This document shows positions 25,001-40,000 of a stretch of DNA of 64,000 bases, one piece after another. The position numbers and the translations under genes were made by a program. A model generated the notes under the pieces. That model saw only the letters and a list, made by a program, of their open reading frames with translations. It was not told the origin of the DNA and did not search any database. Every line of letters begins with the position of its first letter. The first letter of the stretch is position 1. Source of the DNA: Mobula birostris (Eukaryota); NCBI RefSeq assembly GCF_030028105.1, contig NC_092374.1, forward strand, positions 32,621,016 to 32,685,015. The letters run 5' to 3'.

Positions 25001-28000
25001 AGAATATGTTTTTTTTATTCTTTCCATGTACAAATTCCAAGAAAGTTGGGTAATTAACATTTAGAACCATAGAACACTACAGCACAGAAACAGGCCTTCT
25101 GGCCCTTCTTGGCTGTGCCGAACCATTTTTCTGCCTAGTCCCACTGACCTGCACCTGGACCATATCCCTCCATGTATCTGTCCAAATTTTTCATAACTGT
25201 TAAAAGTGAACCCGCATTTACCACTTCATCTGGCAGCTCATTTCACACTCTCACCACTCTCTGTGTGGAGAAGCCTCCCCCCCATGTTCCCTTTAAACTT
25301 TTCCCCCCTCACCCTTAACCCATGTCCTCTGTTTTTTTTCTCCCCTTGCCTCAGTGGAAAAAGCCTGCTTGCATTCACTCTATCTATACCCATCATAATT
25401 TTATATACCTCTATCAAATCTCCCCTCATTCTTCTACGGTCCAGGGAATAAAGTCCTAACCTATTCAAAATTTCTCTAACTCAGTTTCTCAAGTCCCGGC
25501 AACGTCTTTGTAAACCTTCTCTGCACTCTTTCAACCTTATGAATATCCTTCCTGTAATTTGGTGACCAAAACTGTACACAATACTCCAAATTCAGCCCCA
25601 CCAATGCCTTATACAACCTTACCATAACATTCCAACTCTTATACTCAATACTTTTATTTATAAAGGCCAATGTACCAAAAGCTCTCTTTACGACCTTATC
25701 TAGCTCTGATACCACTTTTAGAGAATTTTGTATCTGTGTTCCAGATCCCTCTTCTACTGCACTCCTTAGTGCCTTACCATTTACCATGTATGTTCTACCT
25801 TGGTTTGTCCTTCCAAAGTGCAATACCTCACACTTGTCTGTATTAAACTCCATCTGCCATTTTTCCAGCTGGTCCAAGTCCCTCTGCAAGCTTTGAAAAC
25901 CTTCCTCACTGTCCACTACACCTCCAATCTTTGTATCATCAGCAAATTTGCTGATCCAATTTACCACATTATCATCCAGATCATTGATATAGATGACAAA
26001 TAACAACAGACCCAGCACTGATCCCTGTGGCACACCACTAGTCACAGGCCTCCACTCAGGGAAGCAATCCTCCACTACCACTCTCTGGCTTCTTCCATTG
26101 AGCCAATGTCTAATCCAATTTACTACCTCTCCATGTATACCTAGCGACTGAATCTTCCTAACTAACCTCCCATGCAGGACCTTGTCAAAGGCCTTACTGA
26201 AGTCCATGTAGACAACATCCACTGCCCTCCCTTCATCCACTTTCCTGGTAACCTCCTCGAAAAACTCAATAGATTGGTTAAACATGACCTACCATGCACA
26301 AAGCCATGTTGACTCTCCCTAATAAGTCCTTGTCTATCCAGATACTTGTAGATCCCATCTCTCAGTACTCCTTCCAATAATTTACCTACTACTGACGTCA
26401 AACTTATTGGTCTATAATTTCCCAGATTACGTTTAGAGCCTTTTTTAAATAACAGAACAACATGAGCTATCCTCCAATCCTCCGGCACCTCACCCATAGA
26501 TACCAACATTTTAAATACATCTGCCAGGGCCCCTGCAATTTCAAAACTAGTATCCTTCAAGGTCCGAGGGAATACCCTGTCAGGTCCTGGGGATTTATCT
26601 ACTCTGATTTGCCTCAAGATAGCAAGCACTTCCTCCTCCTCAATCTGTATAGGTTCCATGACCTCACTACTTGTTTGCATTATTTCCATTGACTCCATGC
26701 CAGTTTCCTTAGTAAATACAGATGCAAAAAAACCCATTTAAGATCTTCCCCATTTCTTTTGATTCCATTCATAGCCAACCACTCTAATCTTCAAGAGGAC
26801 CAATGTTATCCCTTACTGTCCTTTTGCTCTTAATATACCTGTAGAAGCTCTTTGGGTTATCCTTCACCTTGATTGCCAAAGCAACCTCATGTCTTCTTTT
26901 AGCCCTCCTGATTTCTTTCTTAAGTTTTTTTTTTGCACTTTTTATACTCCTCAAGCACCTTATTTGCTCCTTGTTTCCTATACATGTCATACATCTCTCT
27001 CTTCTTTATCAGAGTTCCAATATCCCTTGAGAACCAAGGTTCCTTATTCTTATTCACTTTGCCTTTAATCCTGACAGGAGCATACAAACTCTGCACTCTC
27101 AAAATTTCTCCTCTGAAGGCCTTGTGCAAAGGAATTGCATTGTTGAGTGCTGAGGTGTAGAATTCAGTTCAGTTCTCTTCCCTTCTATGAAAACTTTGTC
27201 TATTTGAATCTCAACAAGTCATGTTGAGTCTGTGATCTAATAACTATGCAGATCAAAGTATCTTTGTGCCGGCTGGTGATGTAGTGGCATCTGTACCAGA
27301 CTTTGAGAAGAGTGGTCCCAGGTTCAAATCCAGCCAGCTCCTTGCACACTTTCATTCAGTGCTGGGTTGAGCATTGAGCCAACAACTCCCTCAAAAAAGT
27401 AGATGAATGCCAAGGAAACGGCAAGGTTACCACCTGATGCACCATGAGACGTGGAGAAGAACAACACAAAGTCCATTTAAGGGGATTATCTTGCTCTGGA
27501 TTTTATTATGCTCCTACATTTATCATAAAAAAATATAAATACCAACCACTTATGAAAAAGAATCTAGTGCTTTCCCAGCGTATGTGACAAATAAACTCTT
27601 CTCGGACTGCCAGCTGGGTACAGGAATTGATTATAACCGATGTTTTGATGACTAACTGTGCAAAGATGGCAGAGTTTGTCACTGAAATGCCAATTATAAT
27701 CGATACCTGTATCTGGATGGCAGATGAGAAGAGCTTATTCACCAACTACTTATTTTTATGTTATAGTTATGTTAAAGTCTATAAAATGATAAATGTCCCT
27801 TACCAGTTCTTCTATTAATCTGTACACTGTTCCTTCAATTGCATGTTCAAGATTTTGAGCAGCAATTAGCAGCTTCAACATAAGCAAGGTCCATGAAGCA
27901 GCAACTACCAGCAGAGCCAACCTATACAAGAGTATGAAAAGTCACCAATAATGATTTCATTGACTCAATTAAAAAAACACTAAGACAAAACATTGCATAT

Positions 28001-31000
28001 TAGAAAATATGAAACAGCTGAATGTGCTGTAAACTATCAGTAGGCCAGGCAGCATCTATAAAGGAAAACAGTTTGCATCTCAGGTCAATGACCTTGCAAC
28101 TGAAATAGTCATTGATCCGAAATGCTAACTTTTCTTTTCTCCATAGATATTGCCTGATCTGCCATTAAAAGGAGAACGAAAGTTACCAGGTGATCATGGA
28201 ATAGTAATAACAGTCACCATTTTTCTAACAAAAAGCATTCTTAACATTGTTGATGAATTCAACCTTCAAACTGGATCATATAACAAGCATCCTGCAATTT
28301 CTTTAAGCTTGTTTGAATCCATAAAGTGTTCAAGTTGTGCATTCTTCAGCTGGTAAACTCTTCAGTTTGGTGCTGCTGTGCCATATACTTGGTACCAAAT
28401 TTTTGTTAAGCAATCAAATCAGAAATGTTTTTAAAAAAAAAAATCAGGATTAAACAAAAACATTGACACTGAAAATTGTCATGTTGTGCGCTGAAAATGG
28501 TTTATCTATTAAGTAAGGAACACACACAAAATACTGGAGGAACTCAGCAGGCCATGCAGCATCTATGGAAGAAAGTATGGTCGATGTTTTGGGCCAAGAC
28601 CCTTCGACAGGACTGGAGAGAAAAAAAAAGAGTAGGTTTAAAAGGTAGGAGAGGGGACAGATAAACAAGGTGATAGGTGAAACCAGGAGGGAGATGGATG
28701 AAGTAAACATCTGGGAAGTTGATTGGTAAAAGAGATACAGGGCTAGAGAAGGGAGAGTCTGATAGGTGAGGATAGAAGGTCATGGAAGAAAGGGGGGAGG
28801 AGCACCAGAGGGAAGCAACGGGCAGATGGGGGGGGGGGGGAGAGGGAGGGTTGGGGACTGGTTAAGGAGAGAGCGGGGGGTGGGGTCCCCATTACTGGAA
28901 GTTTGAGAAATCAAGGATCATGCCATCAGATTGGAAGCTACCCAGATGCAATGCAAGGTGCTGTTTCTCCAACCTGAGTGTGGCCACATCATGACAGTAG
29001 AGGTGGTCATGGATTGACATATCAGAATGGGAATGGGAAGTGAAATTAAATTGGGTGGCCACTGGGAGATCCTGCTTCTTCTGACTTGAGAGTGTAGGTG
29101 CTCAGTGAAATGGTCTCCCAATGTCACTTTCATCTAACACCTTTGTTTCTCTCTCTCCTCCCTCCAGCTTTTAAATCTACTCATCTTTTTTTCCCTCCAG
29201 TTCTGCTGAAGGGTCTGGCCCAAAATGTCAACCACGCACCCCCCCCCCCCCCCAACAGATGCTGCCTGGCCTGCTGAGTTCCTCCAGCATTTTGTGTGGC
29301 TCAGATTTCTAGCATCTGTCAATTCTGTTGTTTATCTATTGACTAAGATGAAGATCTAACACAGCCCCTGCACACGGCATTCCCAGATTTGCATACTAGT
29401 GGATATTTTATATATCCAGGTTCCTTACATATTTTATATTTGTGTATTTTTATAAGGAATAATATTTTATACATACACAAGTTCCGACCTCCAGGTGTTC
29501 ATTTGAACTGTACATCTATGCTTTATCACAACACACACTTTGAAAAAAAATCAATCATTGGCTACAAGGTGCCATAGGATACTGATATTGTAGAACACTA
29601 GATAAATCCAAGGTTTTCCATGACAGATATTTCCTGTGTTAAGTGTTTGGTGACATCTAGTGACAGTATAAATGATCCACAAGAATATTGTACAATTAAG
29701 TCTAGTCAGTGGAAGTTTCAAGATGTTTCATGAAAAAAATATTACAGATCTGTGATGTTTTATTTAATCAAGGCAATTGAGCAATCCAAAAATCCCAGAT
29801 TTAATTGTTAAACAACTGTACTGATATACAGAATTGGATTAACATTGGAGTATGATAATTAGCATAGATCTTTAAAGCATATTTCAATTAAAGTATGTCA
29901 GATGTAGAAGGGGGAATAGACCTTTTCCACACCATGTGCAATTACAAGAACTGATGTTACTGAAAAACATCTAATTGGCTTCAATAGATCATACTTGAAG
30001 ATTTGATTACATTTTAATTGTTTCAACAATATATATTTTCTCATTCATTCTTAGGATGTGGACATTGCTGGTATTGCCATCTTTTATTGTTCATTTTTAA
30101 TTGCCGCAAGGCTAACTTCACTATTATGTCTAGAGTCACAAAACCAGAAGTAGGAACAAGCTCTGAAGATTTCCTGAATCACCTTCAATTAAATAGCAAC
30201 ATTTCTGAAACAGAGGACCAATATTCTTCACCACATTCTAGACGTGGTAATTAATGTTGCTAATTAATCCCTTCTCATTGCACAATATCCATGTGCGGGC
30301 ATGTGGCCAAGTGGTTAAGGCATTCGACTAGCGATCTGAAGGTCGTGAGTTCGAGCCACAGCCGAGGCAGCATGTTGTGTCCTTGAGCAAGGCACTTAAT
30401 CACACAGTGCTCTGCGATGACACTGGTGCCAAGCTGTATGGGTCCTAATGCCCTTCCCTTGGACAACATCGGTGTCATGGAGAGGGGAGACTTGCCAGTC
30501 TTCCATACAATCTTTCCCAGGCCTGCACCCTGGAGAGTGAAGACTTTCCAGGTGCAGATCCATGGTCTCGCAAGACTAATGGATGCCTTTTGCACAATAT
30601 CCAAACTAAGATAGCCCACTCTAGTCAAATACAGGTCCAAAAATCCATCTTGTATATACTCCAGAAATTCCTCCTGCAACCATTGTTACTAATTTTTTCA
30701 GTATGAACTATCCAGATTAAAATCTCAAAATGCTGAGTTCAGAGGTTAAGGCAGACATTAGCCCTAATGAATAGATAGTCATTTTCACACTATCAACTTT
30801 ATCCTTGGTTTCTGCTGCTTTTAATATTTACTTAGTTGTACAACTCAGATTTGGTACCAGGTTGTTGCAGCAAGACTTTTATATTCCAATCCCCCTTGAA
30901 GTAAGATCAACATTCGATTAGCCTTCTCTATTACTGGCTACACGTGTGTAAGCTTTCTATGCTCTAGGAGTTTCAAAACACTGTTGCAGTTTTCTACAGT

Positions 31001-34000
31001 TTTACTCCATTTAAATAACACCATTTTTATTTCTCCTTCCAAAATGAAGGACTTCACACATTGCCACATTATACTCTTTTCAATATTTTGCCTCCCTCAT
31101 CCAGTCAATCAATATCTTTCTGTAAACTTGTATCCTCCTCACAACACACATCAAAGTTGCTGGTGAACGCAGCAGGCCAAGCAGCATCTCTAGGAAGAAG
31201 TGCAGTCGATGTTTCAGGCCGAGACCCTTCGTCAGGACTAACTGAAGGAAGAGTGAGTAAGGGATTTGAAAGTTGGAAGGGGAGGGGGAGGGGGAGATAC
31301 AAAATGATAGGAGAAGACAGGAGGGGGAGGGATGGAGCCAAGAGCTGGACAGGTGATTGGCAAAAGGGATACGAGAGGATCATGGGACAGGAAGTCCGGG
31401 AAGAAAGACGGTGGGGGGGGACCCAGAGGATGGGCAAGAGATATATTCAGAGGGACAGAGGGAGAAAAAGGAGAGTGAGAGAAAGAATGTGTGCATAAAA
31501 ATAAGTAACAGATGGGGTACGGGGGGAGGTGGGGCCTAGCGGAAGTTAGAGAAGTCGATGTTCATGCCATCAGGTTGGAGGCTACCCAGACGGAATATAA
31601 GGTGTTGTTCCTCCAACCTGAGTGTGGCTTCATCTTTACAGTAGAGGAGGCCGTGGATAGACATGTCAGAATGGGAATGGGATGTGGAATTAAAATGTGT
31701 GGCCACTGGGAGATCCTGCTTTCTCTGGCGGACAGAGTGTAGATGTTCAGCAAAGCGGTCTCCCAGTCTGCATCGGGTCTCACCAATATATAAAAGGCCA
31801 CATAGGGAGCACCGGACGCAGTATATCACCCCAGTCGACTCACAGGTGAAGTGTTGCCTCACCTGGAAGGACTGTTTGGGGCCTTGAATGGTGGTAAGGG
31901 AGGAAGTGTAAGGGCACGTGTAGCACTTGTTCTGCTTACACGGATAAGTGCCAGGAGGGAGATCAGTGGGGAGGGATGGGGGGGACGAATGGACAAGGGA
32001 GTTGTGTAGGGAACGATCCCTGTGGAATGCCGGGGGGGGGGGGGGAGGGAAAGATGTGCTTAGTGGTGGGATCCCGTTGGAGGTGGCGGAAGTTACGGAG
32101 AATAATATGTTGGACCCAGAGGCTGGTGGGGTGGTAGGTGAGGACCAGGGGAACCCTATTCCTAGTGGGGTGGCGGGAAGATGGAGTGAGAGCAGATGTA
32201 AGTGAAATGGGGGAGATGCGTTTAAGAGCAGAGTTGATAGTGGAGGAAGGGAAGCTCCTTTCTTTAAAAAATGAAGACATCTCCCTCGTCCTAGAATGAA
32301 AAGCCTCATCCTGAAAGCAGATGCGGCGGAGACGGAGGAATTGCGAGAAGGGGATGGCGTTTTTGCAAGAGACAGGGTGAGAAGAGGAATAGTCCAGATA
32401 GCTGTGATATTTTGCATTTAAATATCCTCCTCACAAGTTGCCTTTCCACCCATTTTTAATGTCATCTGCAAATTTGTCTACAATACACTCATTTCCCTCC
32501 TCCAGTTAACTTGTACAAGCTGCAAACCTCTGACACATTGCTATTCAGAAAACTACTTGAAAAAAAAATTCCCTATGCACTGCTATTGCCTGGTCATCAG
32601 TTTAAAAGCTTAAGAAAAGTGACACAGTGTGATAGGTTGCTGAAGCACACACATTACAGGCATAGTAAGCCAAATCAACTGCCCCTACCTGTTTTGGTTC
32701 TATAGCTTAGACTCTTGGCTTGAAGAAAGAAGATTGTTAGCAATGAGAAGCTTACCAGATTTTTGTTCTCTTTGGAGTAAGTCTGCTTTTCTGAATCATG
32801 TTATCTACGAGGTAGTAAAGCAGTATCATTATCCCAGCAACGTACAGCATTACATACAGAATGAAGGTCACATGAAAAGGTGCTTCAAATTGCCATTGAA
32901 TCTTATCCTGTAGTTTAACAAGTCATAAAGCAAGACAGGATATCAGATGCCTGGGCTTCAGCTATTTACAACCTCTAAACATGATACAGTTGAGATCCAA
33001 ATTACAAATTAATGCACAAGGTGACAAGAATAGAAATGTGTTATTATTCTTTTGGATAGTAAAAAAACAGATTTTTAAAATAAAGGACAGAAATAGAAAT
33101 ATTCCAAATCAAAAGCTTATGCATCTTTGTACAGGAATCACATTCTTACATGGAGTGAGTAGACCCTTTCTCCTGACTTTAGAATTCCTAGCCTACCTAG
33201 ACCTTTCTTCTCGCCATTTATCCTCCGAATACATTTCTCAGAGTGGGATCAGGTGACCCAAAGTTTAAATGTGCAGGAACAGAGAGACTGTTCATATCTG
33301 GAACAGAGGGCTGTATATTTATAATGGTACTTCAATATATGTGGAGAAGTGGAAGAGTGAAATAGGACCTTAGTAGGTTGTAATTTAAAGTAACTAAAAG
33401 GCAAATTATGGCTGAAGCTTCTGCATTCTGTTGGTATTCAGGGACACTACCTCTATCCTGGTCCAACTACAGTTACTGGTTAACCATATTATGGTAGTCA
33501 AGAAGTAAAGGAGAGTAAAGGTGTCATGATACATATCACCACCAATGGCAAGGGATGAGATCTTTGAACTGAATGTAGGGTAAGCAAATTAAACACAAGA
33601 ACCTAAACGATATTTCCTGTATCATTTGCCAGTCAGAGTACAAGTAAAAGGATAAATTGGATTAATGCATGGCTCGATGAATGGTTTAAGTGGAGAGATG
33701 CAAGTTCCTGAGACCTTGTTACTTGTTCTGATGGAGTTGAAAACAGTAGGGGGTGATATTGGGGATATTAAACAAGAAATTAGACATACATGAAATAAAG
33801 ATTAACAGTACTTTGCAAATACTTTAATCTACATATAGATACAGCTAACCATTAGTAATGATGCTTGCTGGAGGAATTCCTGAAGTGAACACAGGATGGT
33901 TTTCTGGATCAATATATTGAAGAATCAACAACAGTGTGGATCACCCAAGATTGTGCATTGTGCAATGAAATGATTGATAAGCAAGCATATCATGTGTGGC

Positions 34001-37000
34001 CTTTGGGGAGGCCATTTAATGAAGATGTACATTGACACCATTGATTCTGAAACTCAGATCTTCAAGCCAAATAAAGGAAATTGTCATGGATAGGTGATAG
34101 TTGTTTAAAATAGATTGTGGACCATTATTTATGGGGATTAACAGTTAGTTAGCAATGACAAACATCTAAGAAAAGCACAGATTAAAAAAAACAACCAGTG
34201 ATCATTCCTTCCTGGGCAGGGGGTAGGGGGCTACGGTAGGAAACTTTGTCACATGGTGTGAGCAGAATTATCTGCAGCTTAATGTGCAAAAGACTAAGGA
34301 GCTGGTGGTAGACCTGAGGAGAGCTAAGGTACCGGTGACCCCTGTTTCCATCCAGGGGGTCAGTGTGGACATGGTGGAGGATTACAAATACCTGGGGATA
34401 TGAATTGACAATAAACTGGACTGGTCAAAGAACACTGAGGCTGTCTACAAGAAGGGTCAGAGCCGTCTCTATTTCCTGAGGAGACTGAGGTCCTTTAACA
34501 TCTGCCGGACGATGCTGAGGATGTTCTACGAGTCTGTGGTGGCCAGTGCGATCATGTTTGCAGTTGTGTGCTGGGGCAGCAGGCTGAGGGTAGCAGACAC
34601 CAACAGAATCAACAAACTCATTCGTAAGGCCGGTAATGTTGTGGGGATGGAACTGGACTCTCTGATGGTGGTGTCTGAAAAGAGGATGCTGTCCAAGTTG
34701 CATGCCATCTTGGAAAATGTCTCCCATCCACTACATAATGTACTGGTTGGGCACAGGAGTACATTCAGCCAGAGACTCATTCCACCGAGATGCAACACAG
34801 AGTGTCACAGGAAGTCATTCCTGCCTGTGGCCATCAAACTTTACAACTCCTCCCTTGGAGGGTCAGACACCCTCAGCCAATAGGCTGGTCCTGGACTTAT
34901 TTCCTGGCATAATTTACATATTACTATTAACTATTTATGGTTTTATTACTATTTAATTATTTATGGTGCAACTGTAACGAAAACCAATTTCCCCCGGGAT
35001 CAATAAAGTATGACTATGACTATGACTAAGAAGATAACAACAGGAATGTGGTTCAACTGTGGGTAATAGGTGAAAGAAAGAATATTATTAAATCCAAGTA
35101 GGAAATATACAAATTGGCCCAAAAATGCCAAAGTACTCATAAAACTCAAAAGTAGTTGATTAAGAAGGTGAAAGCAGAGTATGAAAGCAAGCCTGCAGAG
35201 AACATAAAACTAATTTAAGAAGTGCTATAGACCCAGTTGTAAAGAGAAAAAATCTATTCAAACGTAGACCCCTTACAGTAAGGGACAGGAGAATATATAA
35301 TGGAGAACAAAAATGACCAGACCAGTTAGACAAATACTTTGGTTTTGTCTTCAAAGGAGAACACAGATACTGTAATCAGACTCTGCCTGATTGACTGGAT
35401 GTAATAATCATTTACTGACAACTGAAAAAGAGAAAAAGCTACTTGAATCTTATTCAATTTTAAATAGTGCACTGCCCTTGTTTGATCCCTAGCATTCTGT
35501 AAAATATATAATTTTGTCAGCTGCCTATAGTGCAAAAAGTTGTACAGCAACACTTAAGATATTGACTTTACAAGAGCAGTTAGGAATGGTCCATAAATGC
35601 CGGTCTTGCCAGTGATAGGCACATCCTGTAGTCTATTGATAAGCGTAAGCCATCTAAGATTGAGAAGAGGAGAAATGTACTCTCTGCAGAGACTGTTGAT
35701 CTATTAGAATTCTAGAATAACAGAATTAGAATAATAGAATTGGAATAACAAAAACCGGTTAAAGCCAAATAATTAAATATAATCAAGGAGTTAAATATTG
35801 TTCTTAGGACTAGAGGATGAAAGGACATACAGAAAATTACTGAATTTGGATAATCTGCCATAATCATATTTAATGGTGAAGCAGGCTTTGAGGGTTAAAA
35901 GGCCTACTCTGGTCCTATTTTCTATATTAAAAAAAACATATTCTATTAGAACTTCTATGTTGATTTGAAAGAGTGTACAGGCCCTTTGTTTAATATCTCA
36001 GCATGTACCTGGCATCAAGCTTAATAAAAAATAACTGATTCAGAGCCAAGAGGGATATACCATTTACTGGTTAATACAGAAGCCTTACATAATCAATGAC
36101 ATTAGATAATGAATTGTCTACTTGCACTTTATAAATGAAGCTAGAGCTGTTGGTAAAGGAAGCACTTTGGGAGAAAACTCACCCAAAATGACTCCAATGA
36201 GATCCATTCCTTTCATTACTCACCAATAACTTCCAGAAATCTTTGTGCCACCTTACTAGTGATTGGTTGAGGACTAGTTCAGAGGTGCTTGAAACAGGAT
36301 GATTCCTGTGAAATGTTCTCACTCTCCCACTATACAAATTTAAATTCAAAAGTAATGGGCCTGAAAACAGAAATTCACTCATTAGCACTGCCATCATGAT
36401 GACAATTTATTCCATCGAAAGTAATTTACAAGATTGCTGAAAGTAGAAAGAATTATAGGGAAGTTAGATCCTCTGAGGATCAGAGATTAAAATAAGATCA
36501 AAGAAAATGCAAATAAACAAAATGATATAAATGCCTATGAACCCTTGAGTTCTTTTCAGAAATCACATATAATGAGGTTTTGGAAATTGAATAGGTACTT
36601 ATAATATAATCTGACAAAATGGAGAGAAAAAGTGATGTTGAAGTGAATGTAAAACATTGAATCTAATGTGCATGTCCATCAACCCTGAGAGAAGAGATAG
36701 GATAGTAGTTTGCAGAGAAGATGTTTATCAAAACCTCCTATATAGGTAAAATCAGAGAAACTATGGATATATAAAATAACAAACCAAAAACATACCATGC
36801 AGGTATTCAAACATGATGAAAACAGCAGTACTCAGCAGGAAGGATGTTATTGCAAGACCAATTACTTCTCCTTTAGTAAGTCTCATATTGTCCATTTCTG
36901 GCCATAAACTAATCTGGAATTACAAAAAAAACTTACTAAATGCCATGGATAGGAATAAGAATTTTCATGAAGTTTATTATGACAATTTTTCAATTGTTTT

Positions 37001-40000
37001 TGACTATTTTGTCAGTATTCAACACGATGAGCATCTCTGCTTAGGAGTGAATATACTTTTTCATTTCTTCATTTCAGATTAAAGCACAGCAGAGGTAAGA
37101 ACTGATTGAAATTCATTCTACTTTCTAATAACATCCTAACATCAACACCATGATGCCAATTTAGGCCTCCAATGCTTCACAAATTAAATTCAGCATTTTA
37201 TTAGGCTGCAAATTGGTAAATGGGACATCTGCCAAAGTGCAGACCAGTCACAGGCAGAACTATCTTCTGCCTGCCAAAACAATAACTTAAGTTCCAACTA
37301 CAGTCCTATCATAGTGAACAACCTTTTTTGTTAAAGGAACATGCACAAAAAAAGTCATGAATCAACCAGAGTCCTAGCAATGGACTTTGTTATGTTAATG
37401 CATACATGTTTATGATGCAGATACCTCTCCAGCCCCTTGTTCAGATAATATACTTGAACAATCTGCTTTATTACCCCCATCAACCTGGACCTAAAACATC
37501 AGTGCCAACAGAAACATTAATATACCTTCAATCCTGGAGCACCCAAGGACTCCATAAAGCCAGCTCTTCCCATATGAAACCTCAGACAATATGTCAACAC
37601 CCAGGTGATGCAAAGCGTCCACAGTTTATGGGCTGCCCTGAAGTTCACCATAATTGGCACCTGTCTATAAATTCTGTTTATCTACTGAGAACCAGGACAG
37701 ATTTGATGTGAATGACCAAGAGATCAAGGAGGCAATTAACTACACATGTATAGTGTTCTTGGATTGGAGGCTCCATCTTATGCCAGTTTTTTTATTAAAA
37801 AAGGGCTTTATAGGCATCTACAGGAGGTGGTCAGAATCAGAATCAGGTTTATTATCACCAGCGTGTGACGTGAAATTTGTTAACTCCAACAAAAAAAACC
37901 TGTACTCTAAGAATAGATGGTGACAGAGATGCAGGAGATACAACAACACATCGACAGTGATGACATATCTCAACTCTTCAATACTCTATTTAAAAAATTC
38001 TGTTACCCAAACACCCAAGGTCCATCCCACTAAAACAGGGTAAAAATGTCAGAAACAGGCAATGCCAACAGGAAAGAACACTTTGCTAGTCCCAACTGGC
38101 TCATTCACTATGGACATTCAAACCCACCACATATTCTCCATGCCATAACAGGTTGATCTGAGGGCCTTTCACTTCCCCTGAGGCTAGCCAGTCCCCTTCC
38201 ACAACTGACAAGGAATCTTAGGTATGAAAAGTTAAATCTGTCTCTCTTTCCACACTGTCTTAAGCCTTGACCATTAAATGAATGTACACTTAACATTTTT
38301 GATAAGTAAGCTTGGTAAAAGGGTTTCAAAAAAAATGGAATATGCATTTTGAATAGTCAAGTAGTTTTAGAAACAAAGGTTCATTAAAAAATACTACCAA
38401 GGCAACTTGTACACAGTGTCATTAAAAAATGATTTGGAATAACTCCTGGAAGCTGCTAGTCTACAAACAGCTTAATGGTCAAATCAAAGTGAATAATGAG
38501 AAAAATATTAACTAGCAAAGCAAAAGACCAATAGTTACAACGTGGTTCAAAGGTTGCTTTTTTTTAATGTACAGATTTATAGATGTATTGTTAACTAATG
38601 TGCTTTTTACATGGGTAATTTTTTGAGTTCATGATTCTGCAGTCCAAAGCAGACTACACCGCACTATCTGATAATACATTGCATCAGTGAACAGTTAATA
38701 CCTGAGAGCAAATTCAAGGCCATGAATTAGCTAAGTATCCAAAAGGCAAATAAACAATCAATTTGTTTATTCGTACATCTGAAATTTATATTTAAAGGTT
38801 TGGATCCCTTTTATACTGTGAATACAAATACATATTTATTTTATTCAGTAATAGGACACTTCAGATCTACAAGTAGATGGAATTACAAAGCCGAGGTTAG
38901 AATCAAATTGGTCATTATATTAAACGACAGTGCAGGTTTGAAGGGCTTACTTATTCTCCAAACTACTATGAGTATACGTCATTCAAAGATCTCCATTTGG
39001 AAGCTGCCATTACATTCAGATGGCATTTGCAAATAGGATTCAGTGTTTATTACGAAGTAAATACTTACTCCACCACCTATAGGAATCTTGTCCACTGACG
39101 ATTTTGCCTTTAGATGCTTTTCCTGCAAGAGCTTTTGTTTCTGTTGAAGACCTGGTTCATTAAATAAAATTAAGAAGCCTTCAACTTTACTTCAGGTTGC
39201 AGTTGTGGAAACACTTACTCATGCTTTTGATAATTTGATAGTTTAAAAATATTAATTGCAGGAAAAGCAATGCAAAAGGAAAGCAAAATTAGATAAACAA
39301 TTAAATCAAAGATTTACCACTTGTTAAATTAATAAGCATCAAAAACTCAACTGGAACTCAAGCTAGCTATCGTTCCTGCAGATGAACAGTTGAGCTCTGC
39401 CTGTGATTGGTTTGCACATTGGCAGATGTCCCAATTTCCAATTTACAGTAACCGATGCTTTTCAATTTAAGGTGCAAATAAAGATGAGTAGACATCACTT
39501 TTGAGAAGTTTATAGAGCATGTCTGATGTTTTATGCCATTATATTTGTTTTATCAATCATGATAAACATTTCAAGCAACCCAAAAAATGCTGGAGGAACT
39601 CAGCAAGTCGGGCAGTACCTATGGAGGGAAAATAAATAGCCAATATTTTGGATTGAGACCCTTCATTAGTACTGGAAAGCTAAAATAAAAAAGGTGATGG
39701 GGAGGGGGAACTAGAAGGTGAGACCAGGTAAGGTGGAAGGTGGGTGGGTGTGGGGGCAGGGGATGAGGTAAGAAGCTATAGTGGAAGAGGTAAAGGGCAG
39801 AAGAAGAAAGAATCTAATAGGAGGGGACAGTGGACCATGGAAGAAGGGGAACCACAGGGAGGTGATGGGCAGGTGAAAAGAGAAGGGGTGAGAAGGTAAC
39901 TAGAATGAGAAATAAAAAAGAGAGGAGAGAGGTGGGAGAAATTACTGTAAGTTAGAGAAATCAAAGTTCATGCATCAGACAGAATATGGAGCAACACCTC

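Noticed and set aside
27506-27818. ORF-track ORFs beside exon 7 of the 4-TM gene
   Set aside because: No compatible splice sites are needed and no recognisable protein is encoded; intronic.
30292-30370. tRNA gene-like sequence (also at 52890, 62812 and 27268)
   Set aside because: A/B boxes run into CORE or SINE bodies with TSDs and there is no proper cloverleaf end; these are SINE heads.
31061-31498. Recurrent ORFs such as [14 protein letters not shown] and [11 protein letters not shown] (also 50738-52705)
   Set aside because: These are translations of the non-coding Penelope pLTR and hammerhead, not a gene family.
36177-36223. Alternative donor GG|gtgagt extending exon 5 of the 4-TM gene
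   Set aside because: It gives phase 2, which hits a stop in the next exon; only the 36224 donor (phase 0) keeps the frame.
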